From positions 99,636,001-99,700,000 of the forward strand of contig CM059431.1 in the NCBI GenBank assembly GCA_030390025.1: DNA of 64,000 nucleotides, written 5' to 3'. Shown in pieces: positions 1 to 15,251 of this stretch (positions are counted from its first letter, which is position 1; each line of letters starts with the position of its first letter). The position numbers and the translations under genes were made by a program. The DNA comes from Squalus acanthias. Its lineage: Eukaryota. The notes under the pieces are model-generated. The model saw only the letters and a list, made by a program, of their open reading frames with translations, made no database searches and had not been told where the DNA came from.

Positions 1-3000
1 ACACCCCGCCTATTACACCCGCCCGTTATACACCCCGCTTATTACACCCGTCCGTTATACACCCCTCCTATTACACCCGCCCGTTATACACCCGCCCGTT
101 ATACCCCCGCCCATTATACACCCGCCCGTTATACACCCGCCCGTTATACACCCGTCGGTTATACACCCCGTCCTTTATACACCCGCCCGTTATACACCCC
201 GCCTATTACACACGCCCGTTATACACACCGCCCATTATACACCCACCCGTTATACACCCCGCCTATTACACCTGCCCGTTATACACACTGCCCATTATAC
301 ACCCGCCCATTATACACCTGCCCGTTATACGCCCCGCCTATTACACCCGCCCATTATACACCCCGCCTATTACACCCGCCCGTTATACACCCCGCCTATT
401 ACACCCGCCTGTTATATACCCCGGCTATTACACCCGCCCGTTATACTCAACGCGCATTATACACCCGCCTGTTATACACCCCGCCTATTACATCTGCCCA
501 TTATACACCCCGTCTGTTACACACCCGCCCGTTATACACCCCGCCCATTACACACCCGACTGTTACACACACGCCCGTTAGACATCCGCCCGTTATACAG
601 CCCGTCTGTTACACCCCAGCCTGTTAGACACCCACCCGTTATACACCCCATCTGTTACACACCAGCCTGTTATGCACCCGCCCGTTATACATCCCGTCTG
701 TTATATACCCACCGTTAGACACCCTGCCCGTTATACACCCGCCCGTTACACACCCCGCCTGTTATACTCCTGCCCGTTACGCAACCGCCCGTTACACACC
801 CGCCCATTACACACCCGTTGTTACACACCCGCCCGTTAGACACCCGCCCGTTACACACCCGGCATTTATACACGACGCCCGTTATACACCCGCCCATTAT
901 ACACCCGCCTGTTATACAACCGCCAGTTATACACGACGCCCGTTATACACCCGCCCATTATACACCCGCTCGTTATACACCCGCCCGTTATACACCCCGA
1001 CGGTTATACATCCACCCGTTATACGCCCCGCCCGTTATACACCCGCCCGTTATACACCCGCCTGTTATACACCCGCCCGTTATACACCCGCCGGTTATAC
1101 ACCCCGTCCTTTATACACCCGCCCGTTATACACCCCGACGGTTATACATCCGCCCGTTATACACCCGCCTGTTACACATCCACCTGTTATACACCCGCCC
1201 GTTACACACTCGCCCGTTATACACCCGCCCGTTACACACCCCACCTGTTATACAACCCGCCCGTTATACCACCTGCCCATTATACACCTGCACATTAAAC
1301 ACCCCGCCTGTTATACAGCCGCCCGTTATACACCCTGCCAATTACACCCGCCCGTTATACACCCCATATTACACCTGCCCGTTACACAGCCCGCCTATTA
1401 TACACCCACCCGTTATATACCCCGCCTATTACACACGCCTGTTATACACCCCGCCTATTACAACTGCCCGTTATACACCCCGCCTATTATACACCCACCC
1501 GTTATACACCCCGCCTATTACACCCATCCGTTATACACACCGCCCATTATACACCCGTCCGTTATACAGCATGCCTATTATACCCGCCCATTATTCACAC
1601 CAGCCATTATACACCCGCCCGTTATACACCCCGCCTATTACACCCGCCCGTTATACACCCCGCCTATTACACCCGCCCGTTATACACCCCGTCTATTACA
1701 CCCGCCCGTTATACACCCCGTCTATTACACCCACCCGTTATACACCCCGCCTATTACACCCGCCCGTTATACACCCTGCCTATTACACCCGCCCGTTATA
1801 CAGACTGCCCATTATACAGCCGCCCGTTATACACCCCGCCTATTACACCCGCCTGTTATACACACCGCCCATTATCCACCTGCCCATTATACACCCCTCC
1901 TATTACACCCACCAGTTATACAACCGCCCGTTATACACCTGCCCGTTATACACCCCGCCTATTACACCCGCCCGTTATACACCCCGCCTATTACACCCGC
2001 CCGTTATACACCCGCCCGTTATACACCCGTCGGTTATACACCCCGTCCTTTATACACCCGCCCGTTATACACCCCGCCTATTACACACGCCCGTTATACA
2101 CACCGCCCATTATACACCCACCCGTTATACACCCCGCCTATTACACCTGCCCGTTATACACACTGCCCATTATACACCCGCCCATTATACACCTGCCCGT
2201 TATACGCCCCGCCTATTACACCCGCCCATTATACACCCCGCCTATTACACCCGCCCGTTATACACCCCGCCTATTACACCCGCCTGTTATATACCCCGGC
2301 TATTACACCCGCCCGTTATACTCAACGCGCATTATACACCCGCCTGTTATACACCCCGCCTATTACATCTGCCCATTATACACCCCGTCTGTTACACACC
2401 CGCCCGTTATACACCCCGCCCATTACACACCCGACTGTTACACACACGCCCGTTAGACATCCCGCCGTTATACAGCCCGTCTGTTACAGACCCCAGCCTG
2501 TTAGACACCCACCCGTTATACACCCCATCTGTTACACACCAGCCTGTTATGCACCCCGCCCGTTATACATCCCGTCTGTATATACCCACCGTTAGACACC
2601 CTGCCCTTATACACCCGCCCGTTACAACACCCCGCCTGTTATACTCCTGCCCGTTACGCAACCGCCCGTTACACACCCGCCCATTACACACCCGTTGTTA
2701 CACACCCGCCCGTTAGACACCCGCCCGTTACACACCGGCATTTATACACGACGCCCGTATACACCCGCCCATTATACACCCCGCCTGTTATACAACCGCC
2801 AGTTTACACGAAGCCCGTTATACACCCGCCCATTATAACACCCGCCCGTTATACACCCGCACCGTTATACACCCCGACCGGTTATACATCCCCCCGTTGT
2901 ACGACCCCCGCCCGTTATACACCCGCCCGTTATACACCCGCCTGTTATACACCCGCCCGTTATACACCGCGGTTATACACCCCGTCCTTTATACACCCGC

Positions 3001-6000
3001 CCGGTATTCACCCCGACGGTTTTATACATCCGCCCGTTATACACCGCGCCTGTTACACATCACCTGTTATACACCGCCGGTTACACACTCGCCCGTTATA
3101 CACCCGCCCGTTACACACCCCACCTGGTTATACAACCCGCCCGTTATACCACCTGCCCATTATACACCTGCACATTAAAACACCCCGCCTGTTATTACAG
3201 CCGCCCGTTATCCACCCTGCAATTACACCCGCCCGTTATACAACCCCTAGTACCCTGCCCTTACACAGCCCGCCTATTATACACCCACCCGTTATATACC
3301 CCGCCTATTACACACGCCTGTTATACACCCCGCCTATTACAACTGCCCGTTATACACCCCGCCTATTATACACCCACCCGTTATACACCCCGCCTATTAC
3401 ACCCATCCGTTATACACACCGCCCATTATACACCCGTCCGTTATACAGCCTGCCTATTATACCCGCCCATTATTCACACCAGCCATTATACACCCGCCCG
3501 TTATACACCCCGCCTATTACACCCGCCCGTTATACACCCCGCCTATTACACCCGCCCGTTATACACCCCGTCTATTACACCCCGCCCGTTATACACCCCG
3601 TCTATTACACCCACCCGTTATACACCCCGCCTATTACACCCGCCCGTTATACACCCTGCCTATTACACCCGCCCGTTATACAGACTGCCCATTATACAGC
3701 CGCCCGTTATACACCCCGCCTATTACACCCGCCTGTTATACACACCGCCCATTATCCACCTGCCCATTATACACCCCTCCTATTACACCCACCAGTTATA
3801 CAACCGCCCGTTATACACCTGCCCGTTATACACCCCGCCTATTACACCCGCCCGTTATACACCCCGCCTATTACACCCGCCCGTTATACACCCGCCCGTT
3901 ATACACCCCGCCTATTACACCCACCCATTATACCCCCCGCCTATTACACCCGCCCGTTATACACCCCGCCTATTACACCCGCCCGTTATACACCCCGCCT
4001 ATTACACCCGTCCTTTATACACCCCGCCGGTTACACACATGCCCGTTATACACACTCCTTATATACACCCACACCCGCCCGTTATACTCCCGCCTGTTAG
4101 ACACCCACCCGTTATACACCCCGGCCGTTATACACCCCGCCTATTACACCCGCCCGTTATACACCCCACCTATTACACCCGCCCGTTAAACACCCGCCTA
4201 TTACACCCGCCCGTTATACACCCGGCTATTACACACGCCCGTTATACACCCCGTCTGTTACACACCCGCCCGTTATACACCCGCCCATTACACACCCCGC
4301 CCATTACACACACCCGACTGTTACACACACGCCCGTTAGACACCCGCCTGTTATACATCCCGTCTGTTATATACCCACTGTTAGACACCCTGCCTGTTAT
4401 ACACCCGCCCGTTACACACCCCGCCCGTTATACACCTACCCGTTACGCAGCCGCCCGTTACACACCCGCCCATTACACACCCGCTGTTACACACCCGCCC
4501 GTGAGACACCCGCCCGTTACATGCCCGGCATTTATACACCAACCTGTTATACTCCCGCCCGTTATAGATGACGCCCGTTATACACCCACCCATTATACAC
4601 CCGCCTGTTATACACCTGCCCATTATACACGACGCCCGTTATACACCCGCCCATTATACACCCGCCCGTTATACACCCGCCCGATATACACCCGCCCATT
4701 ATACACCCGCCCGTTATACACCCGCCCGTTATACACCCGCCAGTTATACACCCCGTCCTTTATACACCCGCCCGTTATACACCCCGACGGTTATAATTCC
4801 GCCCGTTATACACCCGCCTGTTACACATCCACCCGTTATATACCCGCCCGTTACACACCTGCCCGTTATAAACCCCGCCCGTTATACACCCGCCCGTTAT
4901 ACACCCCGCCCGTTATACACCTGCCCGTTACACACCCCACCTGTTATACACCCATGCGTTATACAACCGCCCGTTATACACCCTGCCAATTACACCCGCC
5001 CGTTATACACCCCATATTACACCTGCCCATTACACACCCCGCCTATTATACACCCACCCGTTATACACCCCGCCTATTACACCCGCCCGTTATACACCCG
5101 CCCGTTATACACCCCGCCTATTATACACCCACCCGTTATACACCCCGCCTATTACACCCGCCCGTTATACACACTGGCCATTATACACCCACCCGTTATA
5201 CACCCTGCCTATTACACCCACCCGTTATACACCCTGCCTATTACACCCGCCCGTTATACACCCCGCCTATTACACCCGTCCTTTATACACCCCGCCGGTT
5301 ACACACATGCCCGTTATACACACTCCCTATATACACCCACACCCGCCCGTTATACACCCCGCCCGTTATACACCCCGCCTATTACACCCGCCCGTTATAC
5401 ACCCCACCTATTACACCCGCCCGTTAAACACCCGCCTATTACACCCGCCCGTTATACACCCTGCCTATTACACCCGTCCGTTATACACACCGCCCATTAT
5501 ACACCTGCCCGTTATACACCCGGCTATTACACCCGCCCGTTATACACCCCGTCTGTTACACACCCGCCCGTTATACACCCGCCCATTACACACCCCGCCC
5601 ATTACACACCCGACTGTTACACACACGCCCGTTAGACACCCGCCCGTTATACATCCCGTCTGTTATATACCCACTGTTAGACACCCTGCCTGTTATACAC
5701 CCGCCCGTTACACACCCCTCCGTTATACACCTACCCGTTACGCAGCCGCCCGTTACACACCCGCCCATTACACACCCGCTGTTACACACCCGCCCGTGAG
5801 ACACCCGCCCGTTACATGCCCGGCATTTATACACCAACCTGTTATACTCCCGCCCGTTATAGATGATGCCCGTTATACACCCACCCATTATACACGCGCC
5901 TGTTATACACCCGCCCATTATACACGACGCCCGTTATACACCCGCCCATTATACACCCGCCCGTTATACACCCGCCCGATATACACCCGCCCATTATACA

Positions 6001-9000
6001 CCCGCCCGTTATACACCCGCCAGTTATACACCCCGTCCTTTATACACCCGCCCGTTATACACACCGACGGTTATAATTCCGCCCGTTATACACCCGCCTG
6101 TTACACATCCACCCGTTATATACCCGCCCGTTACACACCTGCCCGTTATACACCCCGCCCATTATACACCCGCCCGTTATACACCCCGCCCGTTATACAC
6201 CCGGCCTATTACACCCGCCCGTTATACACAGCGCCCATTGTACACCCGCCCGTTATAAACCCTGCCTATTACACCCGCCCGTTATACACCCCGCCTATTA
6301 CACCCACCCGTTATACACCCCACCTATTACACCCGTCCTTTATACACCCCGCCGGTTACACACATGCCCGTTATACACACTCCCTATATACACCCACACC
6401 CGCCCGTTATACACCTGTCTGTTAGACACCCACCCGTTATACACCCCGCCCGTTATACACCCCGCCTATTACACCCGCCCGTTATACACCCCACCTATTA
6501 CACCCGCCCGTTAAACACCCGCCTATTACACCCGCCCGTTATACACCCCACCTATTACACCCGCCCGTTATACACCCGGCTATTACACCCGCCCATTATA
6601 CACCCCGTCTGTTACACACCCGCCCGTTATACACCCGCCCATTACACACCCCGCCCATTACACACCCGACTGTTACACACACGCCCGTTAGACACCCGCC
6701 CGTTATACATCCCGTCTGTTATATACCCACTGTTAGACACCCTGCCTGTTATACACCCGCCCGTTACACACCCCGCCCATTATACACCTACCCGTTACGC
6801 AGCCGCCCGTTACACACCCGCCCATTACACACCCACTGTTACACACCCGCCCGTTAGACACCCCGCCCGTTACATGCCCGGCATTTATACACCCGCCTGT
6901 TATACACCCGCCCGTTATAGATGACCGCCCGTTATACACCCACCCATTATACACCCGCCTGTTATACACCCGCCCGTTATACACGACGCCCGTTATACAC
7001 CCCGCCCATTATACATCCCGCCCGTTATACACCCGCCCGATATACACCCGCCCTTATACACCCGCCCGTTATACACCCGCCCGTTATACACCCCGCCAGT
7101 TATACACCCCGTCCTTTATACACCCGCCCGTTATACACCCCGCCCGGTTATACATCCCGCCCGTTATAAACCCCGCCCTGTTACACCTCCCCCGTTATAC
7201 ACCCGCCCGTTACACACCCGCCCGTTATACACCCCGCCCGTTATACACCCGCCCGTTATACACCCCGCCCGTTATACACACCGCCCATTATACACCCACC
7301 CGTTATACACCCCACCTATTACACCCGCCCGTTATACACCCGCCTATTACACCCATCCGTTATACACACCGCCCATTATACACCTGCCCGTTATACACCC
7401 GGCTATTACACCCGCCCATTATACACCCCACATGTTACACACACGCCCGTTAGACACCCGCCCGTTATACACCCTGTCTGTTACACACCAGCCTGTACAC
7501 ACCCCGCCCGCTAAACACCTGCCCGTTACACACCCGCCCGTTACACACCCGCCCATTACACACCCGCTGTTACTCACCCGCCCGTTAGACACCCGCCCGT
7601 TACACACCAACCTGTTATACATCCCCGCCCGTTATAGATGACGCCCGTTATACACCCGCCCATTATACACCCGCCTGTTATACACCCGCCCATTATACAC
7701 GACGCCCGTTATACACCCGCCCATTAAACACCCGCCCGTTATACACCCGCCCGATATACACCCGCCCATTATACACCCGCCTGTTATACAGCCGCCCGTT
7801 ATACACCCGCCCGTTATACAACCCACCCGTTATACACCCTGCCCATTATACACCTGCACATTAAACACCCCGCCTGTTATACAGCCGCCCGTTATACATC
7901 CTGCCAATTACACCCGCCCGTTATACACCCCCTATTACACCTGTCCGTTACACACCCTGCCTATTATACACCCGTCCGTTATACACCCCGCCTATTACAC
8001 CCGTCCGTTATACACCCCGCCTATTACACCCGCCCGTTATACACCCCACCTATTACACCCGCCCGTTAAACACCCGCCTATTACACCCGCCCGTTATACA
8101 CCCCACCTATTACACCCGCCCGTTATACACCCGGCTATTACACCCGCCCGTTATACACCCCGTCTGTTACACACCCGCCCGTTATACACCCGCCCATTAC
8201 ACACCCCGCCCATTACACACCCGACTGTTACACACACGCCCGTTAGACACCCGCCCGTTATACATCCCGTCTGTTATATACCCACTGTTAGACACCCTGC
8301 CTGTTATACACCCGCCCGTTACACACCCCGCCCATTATACACCTACCCGTTACGCAGCCGCCCGTTACACACCCGCCCATTACACACCCACTGTTACACA
8401 CCCGCCCGTTAGACACCCGCCCGTTACATGCCCGGCATTTATACACCCGCCTGTTATACACCCGCCCGTTATAGATGACGCCCGTTATACACCCACCCAT
8501 TATACACCCGCCTGTTATACACCCGCCCATTATACACGACGCCCGTTATACACCCGCCCATTATACATCCGCCCGTTATACACCCGCCCGATATACACCC
8601 GCCCATTATACACCCGCCCGTTATACACCCGCCCGTTATACACCCGCCAGTTATACACCCCGTCCTTTATACACCCGCCCGTTATACACCCCGACGGTTA
8701 TACATCCGCCCGTTATAAACCCGCCTGTTACACATCCACCCGTTATATACCCGCCCGTTACACACCCGCCCGTTATACACCCCGCCCGTTATACACCCGC
8801 CCGTTATACACCCCGCCCGTTATACACACCGCCCATTATACACCCACCCGTTATACACCCCACCTATTACACCCGCCCGTTATACACCCGCCTATTACAC
8901 CCATCCGTTATACACACCGCCCATTATACACCTGCCCGTTATACACCCGGCTATTACAGCCGCCCATTATACACCCCACATGTTACACACACGCCCGTTA

Positions 9001-12000
9001 GACACCCGCCCGTTATACACCCTGTCTGTTACACACCAGCCTGTTACACACCCCGCCCGCTAAACACCTGCCCGTTACACACCCGCCCGTTACACACCCG
9101 CCCATTACACACCCGCTGTTACTCACCCGCCCGTTAGACACCCGCCCGTTACACACCAACCTGTTATACATCCCCGCCCGTTATAGATGACGCCCGTTAT
9201 ACACCCGCCCATTATACACCCGCCTGTTATACACCCGCCCATTATACACGACGCCCGTTATACACCCGCCCATTAAACACCCGCCCGTTATACACCCGCC
9301 CGATATACACCCGCCCATTATACACCCGCCTGTTATACAGCCGCCCGTTATACACCCGCCCGTTATACAACCCACCCGTTATACACCCTGCCCATTATAC
9401 ACCTGCACATTAAACACCCCGCCTGTTATACAGCCGCCCGTTATACATCCTGCCAATTACACCCGCCCGTTATACACCCCCTATTACACCTGTCCGTTAC
9501 ACACCCTGCCTATTATACACCCGTCCGTTATACACCCCGCCTATTACACCCGCCCGTTATACACCCCGGCTATTATACACCCACCCGTTATACACCCCGC
9601 CTATTACACCCGCCCGTTGTACACCCGCCCGTTATACACCTGCCCATTATACACCCGTCGGTTATACACCCCGTCCTTTATACACCCGCCCGTTATACAC
9701 CCGCCCATTATACACCCGTCGGTTATACACCCCGTCCTTTATACACCCGCCCGTTATACACCCCGACGGTTATACATCCACCCATTATACACCCACCCGT
9801 TACACACCCGCCCGTTATACACCGGCCCATTATACACCCCGCCCATTATACACCTACCCGTTACACACCCCACCCGTTATACACCCACGCGTTATACACC
9901 CCGCCCGTTATACACCCTGCCCATTATACACATGCCTGTTACACACCCTGTCAGTTATACACCCGCCCGTTATACACCCGCCCGTTACAAACCTGCCCGT
10001 TACACACCCCGCCCGTTACAAACCTGCCCGTTACACACCCCGCCCGTTACACACACGCCCGTTATACACCCGCCCGTTACACACCCCGCCCGTTATACAC
10101 CCACCCGTTATACACCCGCCCGTTATACACCCTGCCCGTTATACTCCCCGCCCGTTTTACACACTCCCATTATACACCCACCCGTTATATACCCGCCCGT
10201 TATACACCCGCCCGTTACACACCCGCCTGTTACACACCCGCCGGTTACACACCCGCCCGTTATACACCCCGCCCGTTACACACCCGCCCGTTATACACCC
10301 GCCCGTATACAGCCGCCCATTATACACCCCGCCCGTTACACACCCGCCCGTTACACAACCCGCCCGTTATACACCCGCCCGTTATACAGCCGCCCATTAT
10401 ACACCCCGCCCATTACACACCCGCCCGTTATACAACCTGCCCGTTACACACCCGCCCGTTATACACCCGCCCGTTACACACCCGCTCGTTATACACACGC
10501 CCGTTACACACCCCGCCCGTTATACACCCGCCCGTTATACACCCGCCCGTTATACATCCGCCCGTTATACACCCACCTGTTATACACCCGCCCGTTATAC
10601 ACCCCGCCCATTATATACCCGCCCGTTATACACCCGCCCATTATACACCCACCCATTATACACCCCGCCCGTTATACACCCGCCCGTTATACACCCGCCC
10701 GTTATACACCCGCCCGTTATACACCAGCCCGTTATACACCCCGCCCGTTATACACCCCGCCCGTTATACACCCGCCCGTTATACACCCGCCCGTTATACA
10801 GCCGCCCATTATACACCCGCCCATTATACACCAGCCCGTTATACACCCCGCCCGTTATACACCCCGCCCGTTATACACCCGCCCATTATACACCCCGCCC
10901 ATTATACACCCGCCCATTATACACCAGCCCGTTATACACACACCCGTTATACACGCCGCCCATTGTACACCCGCCCGTTATACACCCCACCCGTTATACA
11001 CCCGCCCGTTATACACCCGCCCGTTATACACCCGCCTGTTATACACCCGCCTGTTATACACCCGCCCGTTATACACCAGACCGTTATACACCCGCCCGTT
11101 ATACACCCACCCGTTATACACCCACCCGTTATACACCCGCCCATTATACACCAGCCCGTTATACACCCGCCCGTTATACACCCACCCGTTATACACCCGC
11201 CCATTATACACCAGACCGTTATACACCCTGCCCGTTATACACCCCGCCCGTTATACACCCCGCCCGTTATACACCCGCCCGTTATACACCCGCCCGTTAT
11301 ACACCCGCCCATTATACACCCCGCCCGTTATACACCCGCCCGTTATACACCCGCCCATTATACACCCGCCCATTATACACCCCGCCCGTTATACACCCGC
11401 CCATTATACACCCACCCGTTATACACCCGCCCGTTATACACCCGCCCATTATACACCCGCCCATTATACACCCCGCCCGTTATACACCAGACCATTATGC
11501 ACCAGACCGTTATACACCCGCCCATTATACACCCGCCCGTTATACACCCTCCCGTTATACACCCGCCCATTATACACCCGCCCATTATACACCAGACCGT
11601 TATACACCCTCCCGTTATACACCCGCCCATTATACACCCGCCCATTATACACCCCGCCCATTATACAACCCGCCCGTTATACACCAGACCGTTATACACC
11701 TACCCGTTACACACCACACCCGTTATACACCCACGCGTTATACACCCCGCCCGTTATACACCCTGCCCATTATATACCTGCCCGTTACACACCCCGCCCG
11801 TTATACACATGCCTGTTACACACCCCGCCCGTTACACACACGCCCGTTATACACCCGCCCGTTACACACCCCGCCCGTTATACACCCACCCGTTATACAC
11901 CCGCCCGTTATACACCCTGCCCGTTATACTCCCCGCCCGTTTTACACACTCCCATTATACACCCACCCGTTATATACCCGCCCGTTATACACCCGCCCGT

Positions 12001-13797
12001 TACACACCCGCCTGTTACACACCCGCCGGTTACACACCCGCCCGTTATACACCCCGCCCGTTACACACCCGCCCGTTATACACCCGCCCGTTATACAGCC
12101 GCCCATTATACACCCCGCCCGTTACACACCCGCCCGTTATACAACCCGCCCGTTATACACCCGCCCGTTATACAGCCGCCCATTATACACCCCGCCCGTT
12201 ACACACCCGCCCGTTATACAACCTGCCCGTTACACACCCGCCCGTTATACACCCGCCCGTTACACACCCGCTCGTTATACACACGCCCGTTACACACCCC
12301 GCCCGTTATACACCCGCCCGTTATACACCCGCCCGTTATACATCCACCCGTTATACACCCACCCGTTATACACCGCCGTTATACACCCGCCCGTTATACA
12401 ACCCGCCCGTTATACACCCGCCCATTATACACCCACCCATTATACACCCCGCCCGTTATACACCCGCCCGTTATACACCCGCCGTTATACACCAGCCCGT
12501 TATACACCCCGCCCGTTATACACCCCGCCCGTTATACACCCGCCCGTTATACACCCGCCCGTTATACACCCGCCCATTATACACCCCGCCCATTATACAC
12601 CCGCCCATTATACACCAGCCCGTTATACACCACACCCGTTATACACCCCGCCATTGTACACCCGCCGTTATACACCCCACCCGTTATACACCCGCCCGTT
12701 ATACACCCGCCCGTTATACACCCGCCCGTTATACACCCGCCCGTTATACACCCGCCCGTTATACACCCGCCCGTTATACACCAGACCGTTATACACCCGC
12801 CCGTTATACACCCGCCCGTTATACACCCAGCCCGTTATACACCCGCCCAGTTATACACCAGCCCGTTATACACCCGCCCGTTATACACCCGCCCATTATA
12901 CACCAGACCGTTATACACCCCGCCCGTTATACACCCGCCCGTTATACACCCGCCCGTTATACACCCGCCCGTTATACACCCGCCCGTTATACACCCGCCC
13001 GTTATACACCCCCCATTATACACCCCGCCCGATATACACCCGCCCGTTATACACCCGCCCGTTATACACCCGCCCATTATACACCCCGCCAGTTATACAC
13101 CCGCCCATTATACACCCCCCCGTTATACACCCGCCCGTTATACACCCGCCCATTATACACCCGCCCATTATACACCCCGCCCGTTATACACCCAGCCCAT
13201 TATACACCAGCCCGTTATACACCCCGCCCGTTATACACCCCTCCCGTTATACACCCGCCCATTATACACCCGCCCATTATACACCAGACCGTTATACACC
13301 CTCCCGTTATACACCCGCCCATTATACACCCGCCCATTATACACCCCGCCCATTATACACCCCGCCCGTTATACACCAGACCGTTATACACCCGCCCATT
13401 ATACACCCCGCCCGTTATACACCCACCCATTATACACCCGCCCATTATACACCCGCCCATTATACACCCGCCCATTATACACCCACCCGTTATACACCCG
13501 CCCGTTATACACCCCGCCCGTTATACACCCGCCCATTATACACCAGCCCGTTATACACCCACCCGTTATACACCCGCCCGTTATACACCCCGCCCGTTAT
13601 ACACCCGCCCGTTATACACCCGCCCATTATACACCCCGCCCGTTATACACCAGACCATTATACACCCCACCCGTTATACACCCGCCCATTATACACCCCG
13701 CCCGTTATACACCAGACCATTATACACCCCGCCCGTTATACACCAGACCATTATACACCCCGCCCGTTATACACCAGACCATTATACACACACCCGT
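1..13797. repeat. C-rich tandem satellite, monomer about ACACCC(C)GCCCGTTAT (15-16 bp, with 13-14 bp CCTATTAC variants); runs off the left edge
   Basis: Continuous array of roughly 900 monomers with CpG-decay variants (CCCATT, CCTGTT, CCCACCC). All long Pro/His/Thr/Tyr-rich ORFs here are repeat artefacts. Confidence 0.98.
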
Positions 13798-13859
13798 TAA
13801 TTTTAAGTGACTTAATTGGAAATGAATATGAGTCAGTTTTTGAATGGGCTTCCAATCTG

Positions 13860-14560
13860 CTACGGCCTTTATTGAGTTCCTGCCAAAGTCGAAGTTCTTC
13901 CTCATGTTGTTGGTGATTATGCTGTATCTTGCATTTCTTGGTGTTAAATTTAATTTTCTCTTTTTCTTGGCAGTTACATAACCAATCTAAATCCTTCTGT
14001 AAATCCTTCACTGCATAATCTGTCTTTTCTGTTCTCCCAATGGAATGGTTAACCAATTGGATGGGCTTACATTTGCTTTCTGTATCCAAGTCATTTGTAT
14101 AATTTAGAACTAAGGGCAGTGGGAGCACTGACCCCTGCCTGCCTCGAATCAGCATTTCTCCCTGAACTGACATCATTCTCAGGAGTATTCTTCGCTTCCT
14201 AATTTTCTAGCCGGTTTCTTATCCAGTCTTGCATTCCGTGGGTTCTAATGAAAGGATTCGACACAAAACATTAACTAACTTGCAGGTGCTGATGGTTCTG
14301 CTCTTCATTTCCAGCAATTTCTATTTTTATTCTGAAGTTCTACCCTAGATTCCTGCGGCTAGTCGTTTAATTTGAAGTCTTTCGTGTGGAACTTTTTCAA
14401 AAGCTATCTGAAAGCCGAAGTAAACAATAACATAAGGAATTCCACTGTCTATTTTATCTTAATCATCCTCAAAAGAGGTTTTGTCAGCCTGGACCTTCGT
14501 CCTATAAATCCAAGTTGGCCACTTTCTATTGTTATTGCCAAATAGGTATTCCTCCAACCT
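13860..14560 (-). mobile_element. Old, highly decayed CR1-type LINE RT fragment
   Basis: Minus-strand remnants VYFGFQIAFEKVPHERL, QGSVL, NDLD and LQKDLDWL...KFNTKKCKI. Confidence 0.75.
14242..14335 (+). mobile_element. Degenerate Penelope-type terminal-repeat fragment inside the old CR1
   Basis: gttctaatgaaaggattcgacacaaaacattaact...tttccagcaatttctatttttattc is a decayed version of the repeat at 14935-15040. Confidence 0.5.
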
Positions 14561-14570
14561 ACCCCTAACC

Positions 14571-14750
14571 CCGCACAGCACAGGAGGAGGCCATTCGGCC
14601 CATCTTTGAAAGAACTCTCCAATTAGTCCCACTCCCTGCTCTTTCCCCGTAGCCCTGAAAGATTTTCCTCTATAAGTATTTATCCAATTACCTTTTGAAA
14701 GTTACTGTTTGAATCTGCTTCCCTTTCAGACAGTGAATTCCGGATCATAT
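14571..14750 (-). mobile_element. CR1 3'-end fragment
   Basis: cacagcacaggaggaggccattcggcccatc...ctctccaattagtccc, as in the copies at 29714, 47690 and 52985. Confidence 0.8.
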
Positions 14751-14934
14751 TTTCCTTTACTTTATCCAGTATTAATGTCAAGCAGATGGGTCAGATTTCC
14801 CAACTTTTTTTTAAATATAGGCATTATTTTGCTTGCTTCCCGTCCTACAGAAGTTTATCAATGATTCCTTATTGGTGGTCGGAACCCAACAAAGTTCCCC
14901 TGAAGGTTATGTCACCTTGTTGTCTCCTAAGTAA

Positions 14935-14973
14935 GAGTTCTGACGAAGGGTCATCGGCCTGAAATGTTAACTC
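14935..14973 (+). ncRNA. Minimal type-I hammerhead ribozyme motif in a Penelope-type repeat (repeat runs to about 15040)
   Basis: Stem I GAGTT/AACTC, core CTGACGA, stem II GGGTC-atc-GGCCT, then GAAA-TG-TT (GAAACGTT with a CpG transition). Confidence 0.65.
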
Positions 14974-15251
14974 GGTTTCTCTCTCCACAGACGCTGCCTG
15001 ACCTGCTGAGTGTTTCCAGCATTTTCTGATTTTATTTCAAAGTTCCCCTTTGGTCCCTTGAGGACCACAGGACAGAAGAAATCTCACCCAGGGGCTTTGT
15101 TAACCTTAAGATTATCAAATACTTCTGCTACACTGGCTTCAAAATCCTCTAAGGTCTTGCATTACAAAAAATGGATAGCAGATCATTTTAGAAACTATTA
15201 ACTTAGCACTTCAACTATTTTAACTTAAACTTCCTCATCAATTGAACTTTC

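Noticed and set aside
818..13916. Very long ORFs (up to 1397 aa) in the satellite
   Set aside because: The monomer lacks stops in several frames, the ORFs overlap in all frames with non-ATG starts, and there is no domain content.
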